64,000 nt of DNA from a virus. Lineage: Duplodnaviria > Caudoviricetes. Made by a program: the position numbers and the translations under genes. Positions 9,397 to 18,392 of this stretch are shown here, one piece after another; position 1 is the stretch's first letter, and every line of letters starts with the position of its first letter. Below the pieces are notes generated by a model that was not told where the DNA came from, made no database searches, and worked only from the letters and a program-made list of their open reading frames with translations. The DNA is taken from the IMG/VR virus record IMGVR_UViG_3300043811_000176, positions 756-64,755 of that record. One strand, given 5' to 3'.

Positions 9397-9576
9397 ATGA
9401 CTGTCCTAGTCTTGATCGCTTATACGTACTACCAGACTGTTGCATCCGCAGCCAGTCTCCAGATTACTACGATCAACTTTTCAAGTTTGGATACCTGCAA
9501 CGCAGCTCTGGCCGCAATCAAGGCCGCTCCGGTGAAAGGCAGTCCTCTTGTGATCGGTACATGCAATCCCGTATGA
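9397..9576 (+). CDS. 59-aa protein with hydrophobic N-terminus and two Cys (missed by ORF track)
   Basis: TAAGGAG SD; MTVLVLIAYTYYQTVASAASLQITTINFSSLDTCNAALAAIKAAPVKGSPLVIGTCNPV. Confidence 0.65.
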   Translation: MTVLVLIAYTYYQTVASAASLQITTINFSSLDTCNAALAAIKAAPVKGSPLVIGTCNPV

Positions 9577-9610
9577 GTTGGCGAGGCAGGTAGTGATGGA
9601 GTTCAGGCCA

Positions 9611-10141
9611 CTAACTCGCGACCGTGAAATACGCCTCGTGCAGCTCATACATCGGCCAGAACCACCTCTGCAGCAGGTTGCACCATCTCTCGGTGTTGCG
9701 CCTGATGACGGCAGGCCCCCCGGCAATTCCCGTCGGGATCAACCACTCGACGCTGTAATGGCCCGTCGTTCCGACGTCGCCGTGTATGATGGAATCGATC
9801 GAGGAATATCCGAACTCGTGCCCCGAGGAGTCGATGATCTTGCGGTGGACGTATCCGGAGCATCCCCCGCCAAACGTCCCGGCACGCAGCACATGAACGG
9901 TCCACCGGACCTCCACGCGCTGTCCGGGGGCGGCGACGTCCGGCACCACGCTCATCACGGTCCTGACGGCGGGGCGGCGGTCCAGCAGCATCGCCGCCGG
10001 CAGGGCAAATATGCCTACCCCGACAGCCACGAGCATCATCAGCGCCCGGTCCCTGACCCACACCCACGGCAGAACCATGACGAGCAGCAGCACTACGAGG
10101 CCGCTGAGCCACTCCGCGAGGATGTATTTGGACTCGGTCAC
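9611..10141 (-). CDS. membrane protein (2 N-terminal TM plus beta-rich domain)
   Basis: GTGA overlap with upstream gene at 10138-10141. Confidence 0.6.
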   Translation of the reverse strand: MTESKYILAEWLSGLVVLLLVMVLPWVWVRDRALMMLVAVGVGIFALPAAMLLDRRPAVRTVMSVVPDVAAPGQRVEVRWTVHVLRAGTFGGGCSGYVHRKIIDSSGHEFGYSSIDSIIHGDVGTTGHYSVEWLIPTGIAGGPAVIRRNTERWCNLLQRWFWPMYELHEAYFTVAS

Positions 10142-10437
10142 TGGGATCGTATCCACTCTATTAATTTGAGTAACGCCTGCCACAGCGCAACGATGGCCGG
10201 ACCGCCCAGGAATACGGCTCCGATGCTCTTCCAGAACCACTGCCAACGCCTGCGTGCTTCCAACATCTCCTTGATCTGGGGGAGTATCTCCCTAATCTGC
10301 GCTATCTCGTAGGAGTTGAAATTTTCAGAAACGGTGCGCTGCTTCTGGCCGAGCTGCTCGACGACTCTCCTCAGGACTCTCAGCTCTTCGCTCGGAGTAT
10401 GGCCTCCAAGGGTGTCGTCTTCATCAGCCTGTTCCAC
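10138..10437 (-). CDS. coiled-coil protein with C-terminal TM (lysis region)
   Basis: 'RRRWQWFWKSIGAVFLGGPAIVALWQALL'. Confidence 0.55.
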   Translation of the reverse strand: MEQADEDDTLGGHTPSEELRVLRRVVEQLGQKQRTVSENFNSYEIAQIREILPQIKEMLEARRRWQWFWKSIGAVFLGGPAIVALWQALLKLIEWIRSQ

Positions 10438-10515
10438 TTCGCACTGCTCTCTTACCCCATCTTGTTGCCGGAGAGTGTGGGCTGGTTAACACACGGTAAA
10501 AAATAATTAGTGCCG

Positions 10516-10998
10516 CTAGCGATCGGTATCATCAGACGGCTTAGGTACGGCAACCAGAACCAAATCCTTCATGTTGGCAGATTGGTCCATCTCGTCTGCG
10601 ACGCGCTTCATCACCATCGGCAGCATGTGTGCGGCGTCGCGTTCGCTGTCGTCGATCTGGCCCCCAACGTCAGCCTCCCGTTCCTGCAGCAAAATGGTCA
10701 GTCTGGCTCGATCCTCCGCGGTAAGCACCATCGGCGGCCCGAGCTTCTTCAGGAGTTCATCCAGTTCCTTCGTGTGGAAATGCGTGAGCTGCTTGACCAG
10801 CATCGCCTGAAACGCGGCATTCATCTGCTGCACAGGTATCTGCAGAATTGCCATCTGTCGCTTGAGGTCGGCAATTTCATCGTTTCGTTTTTCGCCCTGC
10901 CGTTTGTTGTGCCAATACACGGCCGCTACGAAGGACAGAAGCGCCGTCAAAACCACAACTCCAACCGAGTTGAATATGACTTGTGTCTGCTCGCTCAT
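10516..10998 (-). CDS. N-terminal TM, coiled-coil protein (holin/antiholin-like)
   Basis: Single TM followed by a helical domain. Confidence 0.55.
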   Translation of the reverse strand: MSEQTQVIFNSVGVVVLTALLSFVAAVYWHNKRQGEKRNDEIADLKRQMAILQIPVQQMNAAFQAMLVKQLTHFHTKELDELLKKLGPPMVLTAEDRARLTILLQEREADVGGQIDDSERDAAHMLPMVMKRVADEMDQSANMKDLVLVAVPKPSDDTDR

Positions 10999-11261
10999 GG
11001 AAAGCACCACCACATCGGGACGGCCCAGGGCTGATGCGGATTATAGATCACCACGCCGTACCTACTGAAATAAACCTCAGTTGGAATGGCAGGACTCACC
11101 ACGCCCACCCCATGATCACACACGTCGCGTGGGCGGCATACCCCCCGGCCATGCCGAGAGTCAGGGCGCAGATGGCGCGGATCATCAAAACCGCCCGAGC
11201 AGTACCATCACGAGCACCACCACGAGCACAACGATAAACAGAACGATACCCATGTCACCCC

Positions 11262-11423
11262 CTACCGGATTGCAAACCCGTAAACGCCCCAACCGAGAAG
11301 GAAGATCAAAACCACTAGAACCCAATTGCCCCATCCCCACCAAGGCGCCTGATTGTAGGTTCCCCATCCTCCGAAGATCACCGAGATGATGAAAATCATC
11401 CAGAAAACCAAACCTTTGTCCAT
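11262..11423 (-). CDS. 53-aa two-TM Trp/Gly-rich protein (missed by ORF track)
   Basis: AAGGAG SD; MDKGLVFWMIFIISVIFGGWGTYNQAPWWGWGNWVLVVLIFLLGWGVYGFAIR. Confidence 0.65.
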   Translation of the reverse strand: MDKGLVFWMIFIISVIFGGWGTYNQAPWWGWGNWVLVVLIFLLGWGVYGFAIR

Positions 11424-11439
11424 TTTAATTCTCCTTTGG

Positions 11440-11545
11440 TCAAAGAAGGCTCCGGGCCGACTGGTTTACCGGAGCCTCCCATCCCGGACGGAGCACGGCG
11501 TGGGGGGCACTGGGGATGTTGTGCTCTTTCGTCCAGGATGTTCCT
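11440..11545 (-). ncRNA. candidate structured sRNA/terminator with C-rich loop
   Basis: Long imperfect stem 11480-11540 with loop CCCCAGTGCCCCCC; 9-bp stem 11447-11455/11469-11477 followed by TCTTT. Confidence 0.4.
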
Positions 11546-11587
11546 CAGTCACTTAGCACAAAAAAGTTCCGCTGCGAACCTGGACCT

Positions 11588-11776
11588 TCACGGTTCACCA
11601 GGCGCACCGGCCCCGGCCGCGAACGGCGGCGGTTGGGTGCCGTAGACTGCGATGATGCCGTAGTTGGCGGTAGGCGGGACCAGCGCTGCGGCAGATGCCT
11701 CGGCGACCGCGAGACTTGGTTGCGGACTGGCTACGCCGTACGCAACCAGCAGATAGTAAGATGGTTGAGTGGCCAT
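11588..11776 (-). CDS. hypothetical protein
   Basis: AAGGAG SD, 62 aa. Confidence 0.6.
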   Translation of the reverse strand: MATQPSYYLLVAYGVASPQPSLAVAEASAAALVPPTANYGIIAVYGTQPPPFAAGAGAPGEP

Positions 11777-11794
11777 TGATAGTCTCCTTCGGAT

Positions 11795-12160
11795 TTACGG
11801 GTTGACGACGGCCGTGAGGTTGGAAACGGCCGGGACAACCAGCGTGACGGGCGCGATCGTGACCGTCGCCGTGTTCGACATCGGTGAACAGTTCGCGGGG
11901 GTCATGTTGTCGCAAACCGTCACATTGAACGTGTGAGTCCCCGGCGGCAGGACAGTCGTGGTGAATGTATTGATGGCGCCGGACTGCGCAGCCTGGGCGC
12001 CGTCAATGAAGATGCTCACTTGCCCGACCGTGAGCGGCTGGCCGCTCTGGTAGGTCGGCGGATTTGTCCAGCTCAGCGTGACGCTGTCTGACGGCGGCGT
12101 CTGTGCGAAGGAGGGACCGGCGAAGAGAAGGGCGGCGGCGAGGATCATGGACTTTTTCAT
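11795..12160 (-). CDS. exported FN3/Ig-like protein
   Basis: Sec-type signal MKKSMILAAALLFAGPSFA|Q; 'SVTLSWT', 'LPPGTHTFNVTV', 'SPMSNTATVT'. Confidence 0.7.
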   Translation of the reverse strand: MKKSMILAAALLFAGPSFAQTPPSDSVTLSWTNPPTYQSGQPLTVGQVSIFIDGAQAAQSGAINTFTTTVLPPGTHTFNVTVCDNMTPANCSPMSNTATVTIAPVTLVVPAVSNLTAVVNP

Positions 12161-12348
12161 CGTGGGGGTGCTCCTGGATTGATTTTAGCGCTTAGGTTTG
12201 TGACCCGCGGAACATGATGTTGCACGGGCGGTGGACGGCACTGCTGGAGCCAAGGAAAGATCCAGCAATACCAGGGCTCGGCGTCTGCCGGAGCGACGAT
12301 CGAAAGAAACACCACGACGACCGTCAGCAACGGTAAAATCCTGGTCAT
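12157..12348 (-). CDS. small exported protein
   Basis: Signal peptide ending ADA|E; C-terminal 'VPRVTNLSAKINP'. Confidence 0.6.
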   Translation of the reverse strand: MTRILPLLTVVVVFLSIVAPADAEPWYCWIFPWLQQCRPPPVQHHVPRVTNLSAKINPGAPPR

Positions 12349-13385
12349 GATCTCAGCTGGCTGTGGGAGATCAGCGTCCCCTCGATCGTGTAGACGCGTT
12401 CATGCCGATCGTGCGGGACGGGCTCGATCGAGACGAGGTCGCCTTGAACGCGGATCAGCGACGGGCTCGGCACCGGCGGGACCGGCGTCGGCGGTGGAAC
12501 GGGCACGGGAGGAACGGGCGTCGGAGGCGTCGGGACCGGTGTGGGCGGCACGGGCGTCGGCGGCGGCGTCAGGTTCCCACCCATCGCGTTCCAGTCGGCG
12601 ATCATCTGCGCGAGGTCGAGGCCGTCCGGCGCGAGCCCGGTCGTCGCGTTCAAAGTGTCCTCATTGAACACGACGTAGAGTTCGCCACCGGCGGATTCCA
12701 CGCAATACTGCGCCAGGGCGGCCCAGGTCATCGTGCCAGTCATTCCCCAGGTCGAGATCACGATGCCCTGCGCGTTGTAGTCGATGCCGGGCGGGCAGTG
12801 CCCGTTGTCCGGGTCCGGCGCGCCCGCGACGTCCCACGTGAAGCCCGAAGCGGATGGAAACGGCGTAATCCACGCGTCCGGGAGGTCCAGGCCGGGTATG
12901 ACGTTCTGGAACAGCCAGATCGCCGTCATCACCTCGGTCTGGTTGGTCGGGTCGACCGCGAGCCACGCGATCGGTTTATGCGCGCTCCCGGCCGGGACGC
13001 CGTTCTGCTCCCACCAGGCCAGCGTGGTCTGGATATCGCAGCCCTGGTCCGTGCTCTCGTTGCCCGGCACGTAGCCGCAGGCGCCGGAGTAGATGGTCGT
13101 GATCTGCGGGTCGGTCAGCACCAGCGGGGACGCCGGCTCGTTGGCGGTCATGACGCCCTCGACATGCGCGATGCCCGCGATGACGCAGTCGCCCAGCGTG
13201 TCGTTCTCGTACATCTGCGAGAGCGGGGATGCCGCCAGCGCCGCGTAGTTGGTCGAGGCCGGAGGCGCGGGTAGGCCCGGCAGCAGGTAGTTTTTGAGGC
13301 TCAGGACGGGCCGGCGTGCCGCGGGGCGGCGACGCCCGAAGCGTGCGGTGCGCCCGTCTGGGCGGGTGATGGTTTTTACAGTCAT
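12345..13385 (-). CDS. papain-like cysteine peptidase with Pro-rich tail (putative lysin)
   Basis: 'NDTLGDCVIAGIAH' (Cys), 'NGHC' (His), 'STWG'; AGGAG SD. Confidence 0.7.
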   Translation of the reverse strand: MTVKTITRPDGRTARFGRRRPAARRPVLSLKNYLLPGLPAPPASTNYAALAASPLSQMYENDTLGDCVIAGIAHVEGVMTANEPASPLVLTDPQITTIYSGACGYVPGNESTDQGCDIQTTLAWWEQNGVPAGSAHKPIAWLAVDPTNQTEVMTAIWLFQNVIPGLDLPDAWITPFPSASGFTWDVAGAPDPDNGHCPPGIDYNAQGIVISTWGMTGTMTWAALAQYCVESAGGELYVVFNEDTLNATTGLAPDGLDLAQMIADWNAMGGNLTPPPTPVPPTPVPTPPTPVPPVPVPPPTPVPPVPSPSLIRVQGDLVSIEPVPHDRHERVYTIEGTLISHSQLRS

Positions 13386-13396
13386 GTATATTTCTC

Positions 13397-14635
13397 CTAT
13401 GCTTTGAGAGCCTGAAAGTGCATCGCGTCTCTGTAGGCCGGCGACCAGTCGCCGCCCCACGTCCAGCCCTCGCCCTTGAACGCCTGGACGATCAGGCTGT
13501 CTTCCTTAAACTTGGTTTGTGACGCCGTTGCGTGCTGCGGATTTGCCGCCGCGTTGAAGTCGAGCGCGCCGCCGTAGGCGTGCTCGCTCAGCGTCGAAGT
13601 GCCGGCGATCGGGCGATAGTTGTAGGAGCCGTCGAAGACATTGTATCCGAACGCATTGATTTGAGCCTGCGACTTTCCGCATTGCTCCCAGATATAGTCG
13701 AGCACGCGTCCGAGACTCAGTGCGCACTTTCGGTGAATCTTGATCCGGTCGGTCTTGGTTCCCTCGACGGTCAATTCCCACGGGCAGGTCACCTCGACGA
13801 GATTCGCCGCCTCCCATCCCGCCGAAGCTGGATTACCGAAGAAGGACATGGCTTGCGATTGAGATGGCCATATGTTCTTCTGGAGGACGGTCCCGCCGCT
13901 TAATGGTGCCGATGGCTGCGCTGGAGTTGGTGACGGCGGATTGCCTTTGTCGAGCACGGACACGAAGTCCCATGACGTGACGTCCGTGATGTCGTCGAGG
14001 TTGCCGGTCTTGCCGAGCGCGCTCCATGCTCCCGGTGTGAGATCGAGTCCGGCATGGTTGGTTCTCCTGCCAGTCGTGTCGGTTCCGGTCTCGGCCTGGG
14101 GACGGGCACCATGATCCCAATAGGGGTCGTGGGTATTCCAGGGGCCGACGTCGACGACGGGGCAGTCGACGGTGGCGCCACGGAAGAAGACCCGGATGAT
14201 GGGTGGGGTTCCAGGGAAATGATAGGGGAGCGCGGCCCCTGGTTTGTTGCTATCGATGAGCTTTCCGGTATAGGCGGAGAGCTTGGAGCTGACGCTGTCG
14301 CTGACCCCGGCGAAGCTGGTGGTGGTGATCCCTGTAAACCGGGGGATGCCGGGGGCGGGGGAAGGGACAGGGGCGGGGGAAGGGACAGGGCCAGGCTCGG
14401 GCGCGGTCGGGGCAGAGGGGTCGATGGTGGGTGGAACAGGAGCGACAGGGCCAGGGACAGCGGGCTGAGGAGGAGCAACCCCGCCAGTGGGAGGCTGTGG
14501 GATGGGGGCAGGCTGAGGGATGACGGGAGCATTTCCGCCTCGCGCAAGAAAGCTGAGCAAGCTGAGCAAGTACCACGCAAGGAGGCCGTCCCGCAGGACG
14601 ACTATCAGCAGAGCAAGCGTGGCGTCAATCATCAT
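13397..14635 (-). CDS. endolysin: N-terminal TM, Pro linker, RlpA/DPBB-like domain, M15 peptidase
   Basis: 'VVDVGPW..GLDLTPGAW'; 'YNYRPIAG..SEHAYGGALDFN..WGGDW..DAMHFQ'. Confidence 0.85.
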   Translation of the reverse strand: MMIDATLALLIVVLRDGLLAWYLLSLLSFLARGGNAPVIPQPAPIPQPPTGGVAPPQPAVPGPVAPVPPTIDPSAPTAPEPGPVPSPAPVPSPAPGIPRFTGITTTSFAGVSDSVSSKLSAYTGKLIDSNKPGAALPYHFPGTPPIIRVFFRGATVDCPVVDVGPWNTHDPYWDHGARPQAETGTDTTGRRTNHAGLDLTPGAWSALGKTGNLDDITDVTSWDFVSVLDKGNPPSPTPAQPSAPLSGGTVLQKNIWPSQSQAMSFFGNPASAGWEAANLVEVTCPWELTVEGTKTDRIKIHRKCALSLGRVLDYIWEQCGKSQAQINAFGYNVFDGSYNYRPIAGTSTLSEHAYGGALDFNAAANPQHATASQTKFKEDSLIVQAFKGEGWTWGGDWSPAYRDAMHFQALKA

Positions 14636-14940
14636 GAAGTGAACCCCCCGACTGCAGGCGGGTTCAAGATCGACCCTACCTTGACTGCGGGCGGTTTCAG
14701 GCTTGCCACCCAGGCATTGAAATCCGTTACCGGGTTGCCGGTCAGGTGAAGCATGGCCGCAGACGTGAGCAGCCCCGCAGCCTGCTGACTAGCTGTGGCC
14801 GTCGGAACGCCCGCAGCGACTTGCTGATTAAGAAGGCCCTCGACCGCCTTGACGACCGCCTGGAACTGCGGATCGTTGAGCAGCGCAAGAACTGCGGGGA
14901 TGAGCGAGGTCAGGGCCGTGATGATAGGTCCGAAGCTCAT
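14632..14940 (-). CDS. hypothetical protein (lysis module)
   Basis: Lies between holin-like gene and endolysin; ATGA coupling. Confidence 0.6.
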   Translation of the reverse strand: MSFGPIITALTSLIPAVLALLNDPQFQAVVKAVEGLLNQQVAAGVPTATASQQAAGLLTSAAMLHLTGNPVTDFNAWVASLKPPAVKVGSILNPPAVGGFTS

Positions 14941-14947
14941 GGCGGTT

Positions 14948-15274
14948 CTATCTCCTCTGCGATGTGGTTGGAGAAAGTGGGGCACTGCTGGCCGGAACAA
15001 CAGTCGGGATGCTGCTATCAGCCGCCATCGCCTGGATCGCCGGCGACGCGGCGGGCGTCACCTGGATGGGGGCGACACCGGGGACTTGGCTCGCCGTCTG
15101 GACGACCTTGCTGTCGCGGTGGATGAAGAGACCCCACACGAACGGCACGGCTATGCCGGCCGCGCTGACGATCGTCTGGGCGGTGTTTCCGTTGATGATT
15201 CCGTCGGTCGCCGCTGCGCTCGCGGCCGCACCGATGGTGCTGGTTACGAAGCTTATCCAGGTATTCGGGTTCAC
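14948..15274 (-). CDS. putative holin
   Basis: Two hydrophobic helices 'WISFVTSTIGAAASAAA..IVSAAGIAVPFVWGLF'; GTG after GGGAG; upstream of endolysin. Confidence 0.6.
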   Translation of the reverse strand: MNPNTWISFVTSTIGAAASAAATDGIINGNTAQTIVSAAGIAVPFVWGLFIHRDSKVVQTASQVPGVAPIQVTPAASPAIQAMAADSSIPTVVPASSAPLSPTTSQRR

Positions 15275-15470
15275 AGATAATCTCCCATGATGAGGATGAT
15301 CACGCATAAGAAAAACAGAAGTCCGAACAACATGCGGTCCTCCATAGCTCACGGCCGCCTATTTCTTTTCCCAAACAAAAACGTCAATATAATCAGGACT
15401 CCAGCAACAGCGTTTACCGTCGCCACGGCATGTTGAAAACGCACATAGGACACGATGGTCTCCGATATCA

Positions 15471-15668
15471 TCATTTGGGCTCCCCCGGTTTATCGGCTGC
15501 TTGCCGCTCCAATTCGCGGATGCGATTCTGTAAGGCTGCAAGTTGCATTGAGCAAGCCTTCTGCGCGATGCTGAGCTGCCATTCGGTCCATTGCAGCGCC
15601 GGATCGGGCGTAATGGTCTGTGCAATAGCAGATGTGCTCAGTAGAAGCAAAATAATAAAGCTGCGCAT
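15471..15668 (-). CDS. small exported coiled-coil protein (possible fibre chaperone)
   Basis: Signal MRSFIILLLLSTSAIA|Q; follows fibre gene. Confidence 0.6.
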   Translation of the reverse strand: MRSFIILLLLSTSAIAQTITPDPALQWTEWQLSIAQKACSMQLAALQNRIRELERQAADKPGEPK

Positions 15669-15677
15669 GCGAACTCC

Positions 15678-17045
15678 TTATGGCGCGTTGGTCGTCCACG
15701 CAGGCACCCAATACGCTGTAGTGCCTGCGTATATTTTTACCCAGGCCGCGCTGTTGGCGCTGTTGGCGCTCGACATTTTCACTGTGCCGGTTCCAGAGCT
15801 GATAGTGGTGCTGGAAACGCTGCTGAGCGTATTAGCTGACGCAGTTCCGCCCGGATCGGCGGTGGCCACAAGGCCGCCTCCCGTAATCGTGGACGACGCG
15901 GCGACGGCACCGGTAACATCAAGAGCTACACCAGGCGTTTTGTTGATGCCGACACGGTCGTTGGTGGTGTCCACGACAAGGATGGAAGTCGATAACGCCG
16001 CATTCTTGACTATGACTCCGGTTGTGCTGTCGACGACAGGGGCGATTACGTTGGAACTCAGAGCTACATAGCTAGCGGTGACGTTACTGCTGAATTGTCC
16101 GGCTCCCGTAACGTCGAGCGTAACCGCGGGATTCGTCTTGCCGATTCCCACTCTTCCGTTCGTCGTATCCACATTGACCACGACGGTGCTCGCGGCGGCG
16201 TTTGTAATTTGTATGGCTGTCGTGGAATCTGCGGACGGAAAAATGGTGCCGGTCGAAAGATCGAGCGCGGTCGCATTAATTTGCCCGGAAAAATTTCCTA
16301 GAACAGAGTAGATATTGGACCACCGGAGCGACGTGATGCCGAGGGACCAATAATTATTGGTGCTCGGCGTGAAATTACAGGACGTGCCAACACAGGTTTC
16401 GCTCAGAATGCGATTGGTCGCGGTGGCGCCTTCGTAAACCTCAAAATCGATCAGACCTTGCTCGGCGCCCGCTGTTGCTACTATGTAACCGCCGTTTATA
16501 TAAGCGCCAGTGTGGTTGACCGCGTTTGAATTGTTTACGTTGAATAGAAGGCCCCCACCAGCCCCGTTGGTCCCAGCGGTATTATTCAAAACCAACAATG
16601 GATTTCCGGCCCCGGAAATCTCGCTTATGGTCAACGTGTTGGTCGTGATCGCGGTAATCGCGCTCAGGCTTTCCACCCAAGCCGTAGTCGCTACATTCGT
16701 CGTTGAATCGCCGGCCGCTCGCGTCGGAGCAGTCGCACCCCCGTTTAAATTCTGGACTCCCGGCCAGTTGTTGGTCCCGGTCGCCGACAAGCCGCAATCG
16801 ATCAAGGACGGCGTCGAGCTGGTGGCATTGGCGCAGACGAAGTCGTTGATCGTGAAATTACCGTTTAGGGTCGCGCCGCCGCCGATCGCGCCGCCGTCGC
16901 CGATGACGCCGTTGGTCAACCACTCCGCTATGTGTCCAGGAGTCACGACTCCGGATTGCTGCACGGATTGAGCGTGCGCAGAAGACGCCAGCGCGAGGCC
17001 AAAAAGGGCTTGCGACAAAAACTTCATGGTCGAATCTGGAAGCAT
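15678..17045 (-). CDS. tail-fibre-like protein with signal peptide
   Basis: Fibre motifs 'APTRAAGDSTTNVATTAWV', two 'DTTNxRVGIxKT..LDVTG' repeats; leader MKFLSQALFGLALASSAHA|Q (start 17045 or 17027). Confidence 0.75.
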   Translation of the reverse strand: MLPDSTMKFLSQALFGLALASSAHAQSVQQSGVVTPGHIAEWLTNGVIGDGGAIGGGATLNGNFTINDFVCANATSSTPSLIDCGLSATGTNNWPGVQNLNGGATAPTRAAGDSTTNVATTAWVESLSAITAITTNTLTISEISGAGNPLLVLNNTAGTNGAGGGLLFNVNNSNAVNHTGAYINGGYIVATAGAEQGLIDFEVYEGATATNRILSETCVGTSCNFTPSTNNYWSLGITSLRWSNIYSVLGNFSGQINATALDLSTGTIFPSADSTTAIQITNAAASTVVVNVDTTNGRVGIGKTNPAVTLDVTGAGQFSSNVTASYVALSSNVIAPVVDSTTGVIVKNAALSTSILVVDTTNDRVGINKTPGVALDVTGAVAASSTITGGGLVATADPGGTASANTLSSVSSTTISSGTGTVKMSSANSANSAAWVKIYAGTTAYWVPAWTTNAP

Positions 17046-17053
17046 GTGATTCT

Positions 17054-17536
17054 CTAGCTGAGATTGTCCAGTACGAAGTAGATGTCCGCAGTCGCCGCTG
17101 CACCCTGCGGCGTGGTCAGGGAAAGCCAGATTGCAAGCAATCCTCCGATCGCCCCGAGGTTGGCCGACGAAAAGCGCGTGTTCGATCCGAATGACGCCAG
17201 TGTCGCCGTCAGCAAACCGGCTGATGTCGTGAGCGCTGAATACGCCTGCGAGTTCGCCACGATCGGCGTGCCGCCTTTCGAAGCGGCCGGATAGAAGCCG
17301 CCCTGTGCCGTCGTCAAGCTGATCGAAGCGTTGGTGATGATGATGTTGGCGAGCCGGAAGGCGGTGATGTATTGCGGGATCGCGATCGGCTGATCGTTGG
17401 TCGTGTTGAAATTGTACGAGCGACCCGAAACAATGAAGCGTCCTGTCGGCGCCGGCCCGCCGTCCTGGATGACGCCGGTAGATGCCCACGTCGCGATGTG
17501 ATTGGGGGTGACGAGTCCGCTCTGGGTGACGGTCAT
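17054..17536 (-). CDS. virion structural protein sharing an N-terminal motif with the fibre
   Basis: 'VTQSGLVTPNHIATWASTGVIQDGG'; beta-rich, no signal peptide. Confidence 0.6.
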   Translation of the reverse strand: MTVTQSGLVTPNHIATWASTGVIQDGGPAPTGRFIVSGRSYNFNTTNDQPIAIPQYITAFRLANIIITNASISLTTAQGGFYPAASKGGTPIVANSQAYSALTTSAGLLTATLASFGSNTRFSSANLGAIGGLLAIWLSLTTPQGAAATADIYFVLDNLS

Positions 17537-17775
17537 TTTGCGTCCTCGATCGCGCTGCGCAACGCGGCTTCGGCATCGGCGAGCTTCGCCTTGAGTCCTG
17601 CCGCCTCAGCCGCAAGCTGTCGCATCAGCGTCTGCGCCTGCTCGCTGTCGGAGAGGAAGATGGCCTTCTGCTGCTGGCAGACGCCGAGCTGGGTCGCGAG
17701 GTCGAGCGGCGGGAGCTGCTGAGCCGCGGCTGGAGCGGCTAGGAGCAGAAGAAGGATCTGCGCATGCGCCCTCAT
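17533..17775 (-). CDS. small exported coiled-coil protein
   Basis: Signal ending AAA|QQ; helical; coupled on both sides. Confidence 0.6.
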   Translation of the reverse strand: MRAHAQILLLLLAAPAAAQQLPPLDLATQLGVCQQQKAIFLSDSEQAQTLMRQLAAEAAGLKAKLADAEAALRSAIEDAK

Positions 17776-18392
17776 GGATTAATCTCAAAAGCCGTAAGGT
17801 TGAAGTTGGCTGACCCTGCGGTCAGATACACGCCATGGCCGAAGAATGAACCGCCGCCGAACGTCATGCCGATATTGCCGACGTTTTCGAGAGCGTCTTC
17901 GAAACCGGCGAGTTCCGCGGTTCCGAATTGACCGTCCATGTCTGACCATTCCTCAGGGGTAAGCGACACGAGCAGCGTCGTGGGTCCACCAAGCGCAAGC
18001 GGCACGGACAATGGATTGCTCCACCACCGATAGGCGGGCTGATTGAGGGCTGCATCATTGCGCCGTTCGATCAGAAAGCGAACAGTCGCCGGCGTCGAGC
18101 CGGTATTGTTTGGCGCCGTGTGAAAGTCGAAGACAGGGTTATCTCCGGTGACACCGAACGTCATCGAGATAGATGATCCGACGAGCGCCTTGGTATAAGG
18201 CGTCGTCACATAGTCGACGTGCGGGCAAGCAGAAATATTATAGTTCGGCGGCTGCGTCGCGGGTGCTGGGCATGCGCCAGCTGGCGCTACCGGAAAAGCG
18301 AACGTCCAGCCGCCGGCCATCGCCGCCGGATGCAGGGGCATCTTCGGGCTGTAACGGATGTTCCAAGCGTTTGCCGCTAGAGAGATCGTCAT
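17772..18392 (-). CDS. hypothetical beta-sandwich (carbohydrate-binding-like) protein
   Basis: TGATG coupling to spike gene; aromatic, beta-rich. Confidence 0.5.
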   Translation of the reverse strand: MTISLAANAWNIRYSPKMPLHPAAMAGGWTFAFPVAPAGACPAPATQPPNYNISACPHVDYVTTPYTKALVGSSISMTFGVTGDNPVFDFHTAPNNTGSTPATVRFLIERRNDAALNQPAYRWWSNPLSVPLALGGPTTLLVSLTPEEWSDMDGQFGTAELAGFEDALENVGNIGMTFGGGSFFGHGVYLTAGSANFNLTAFEINP

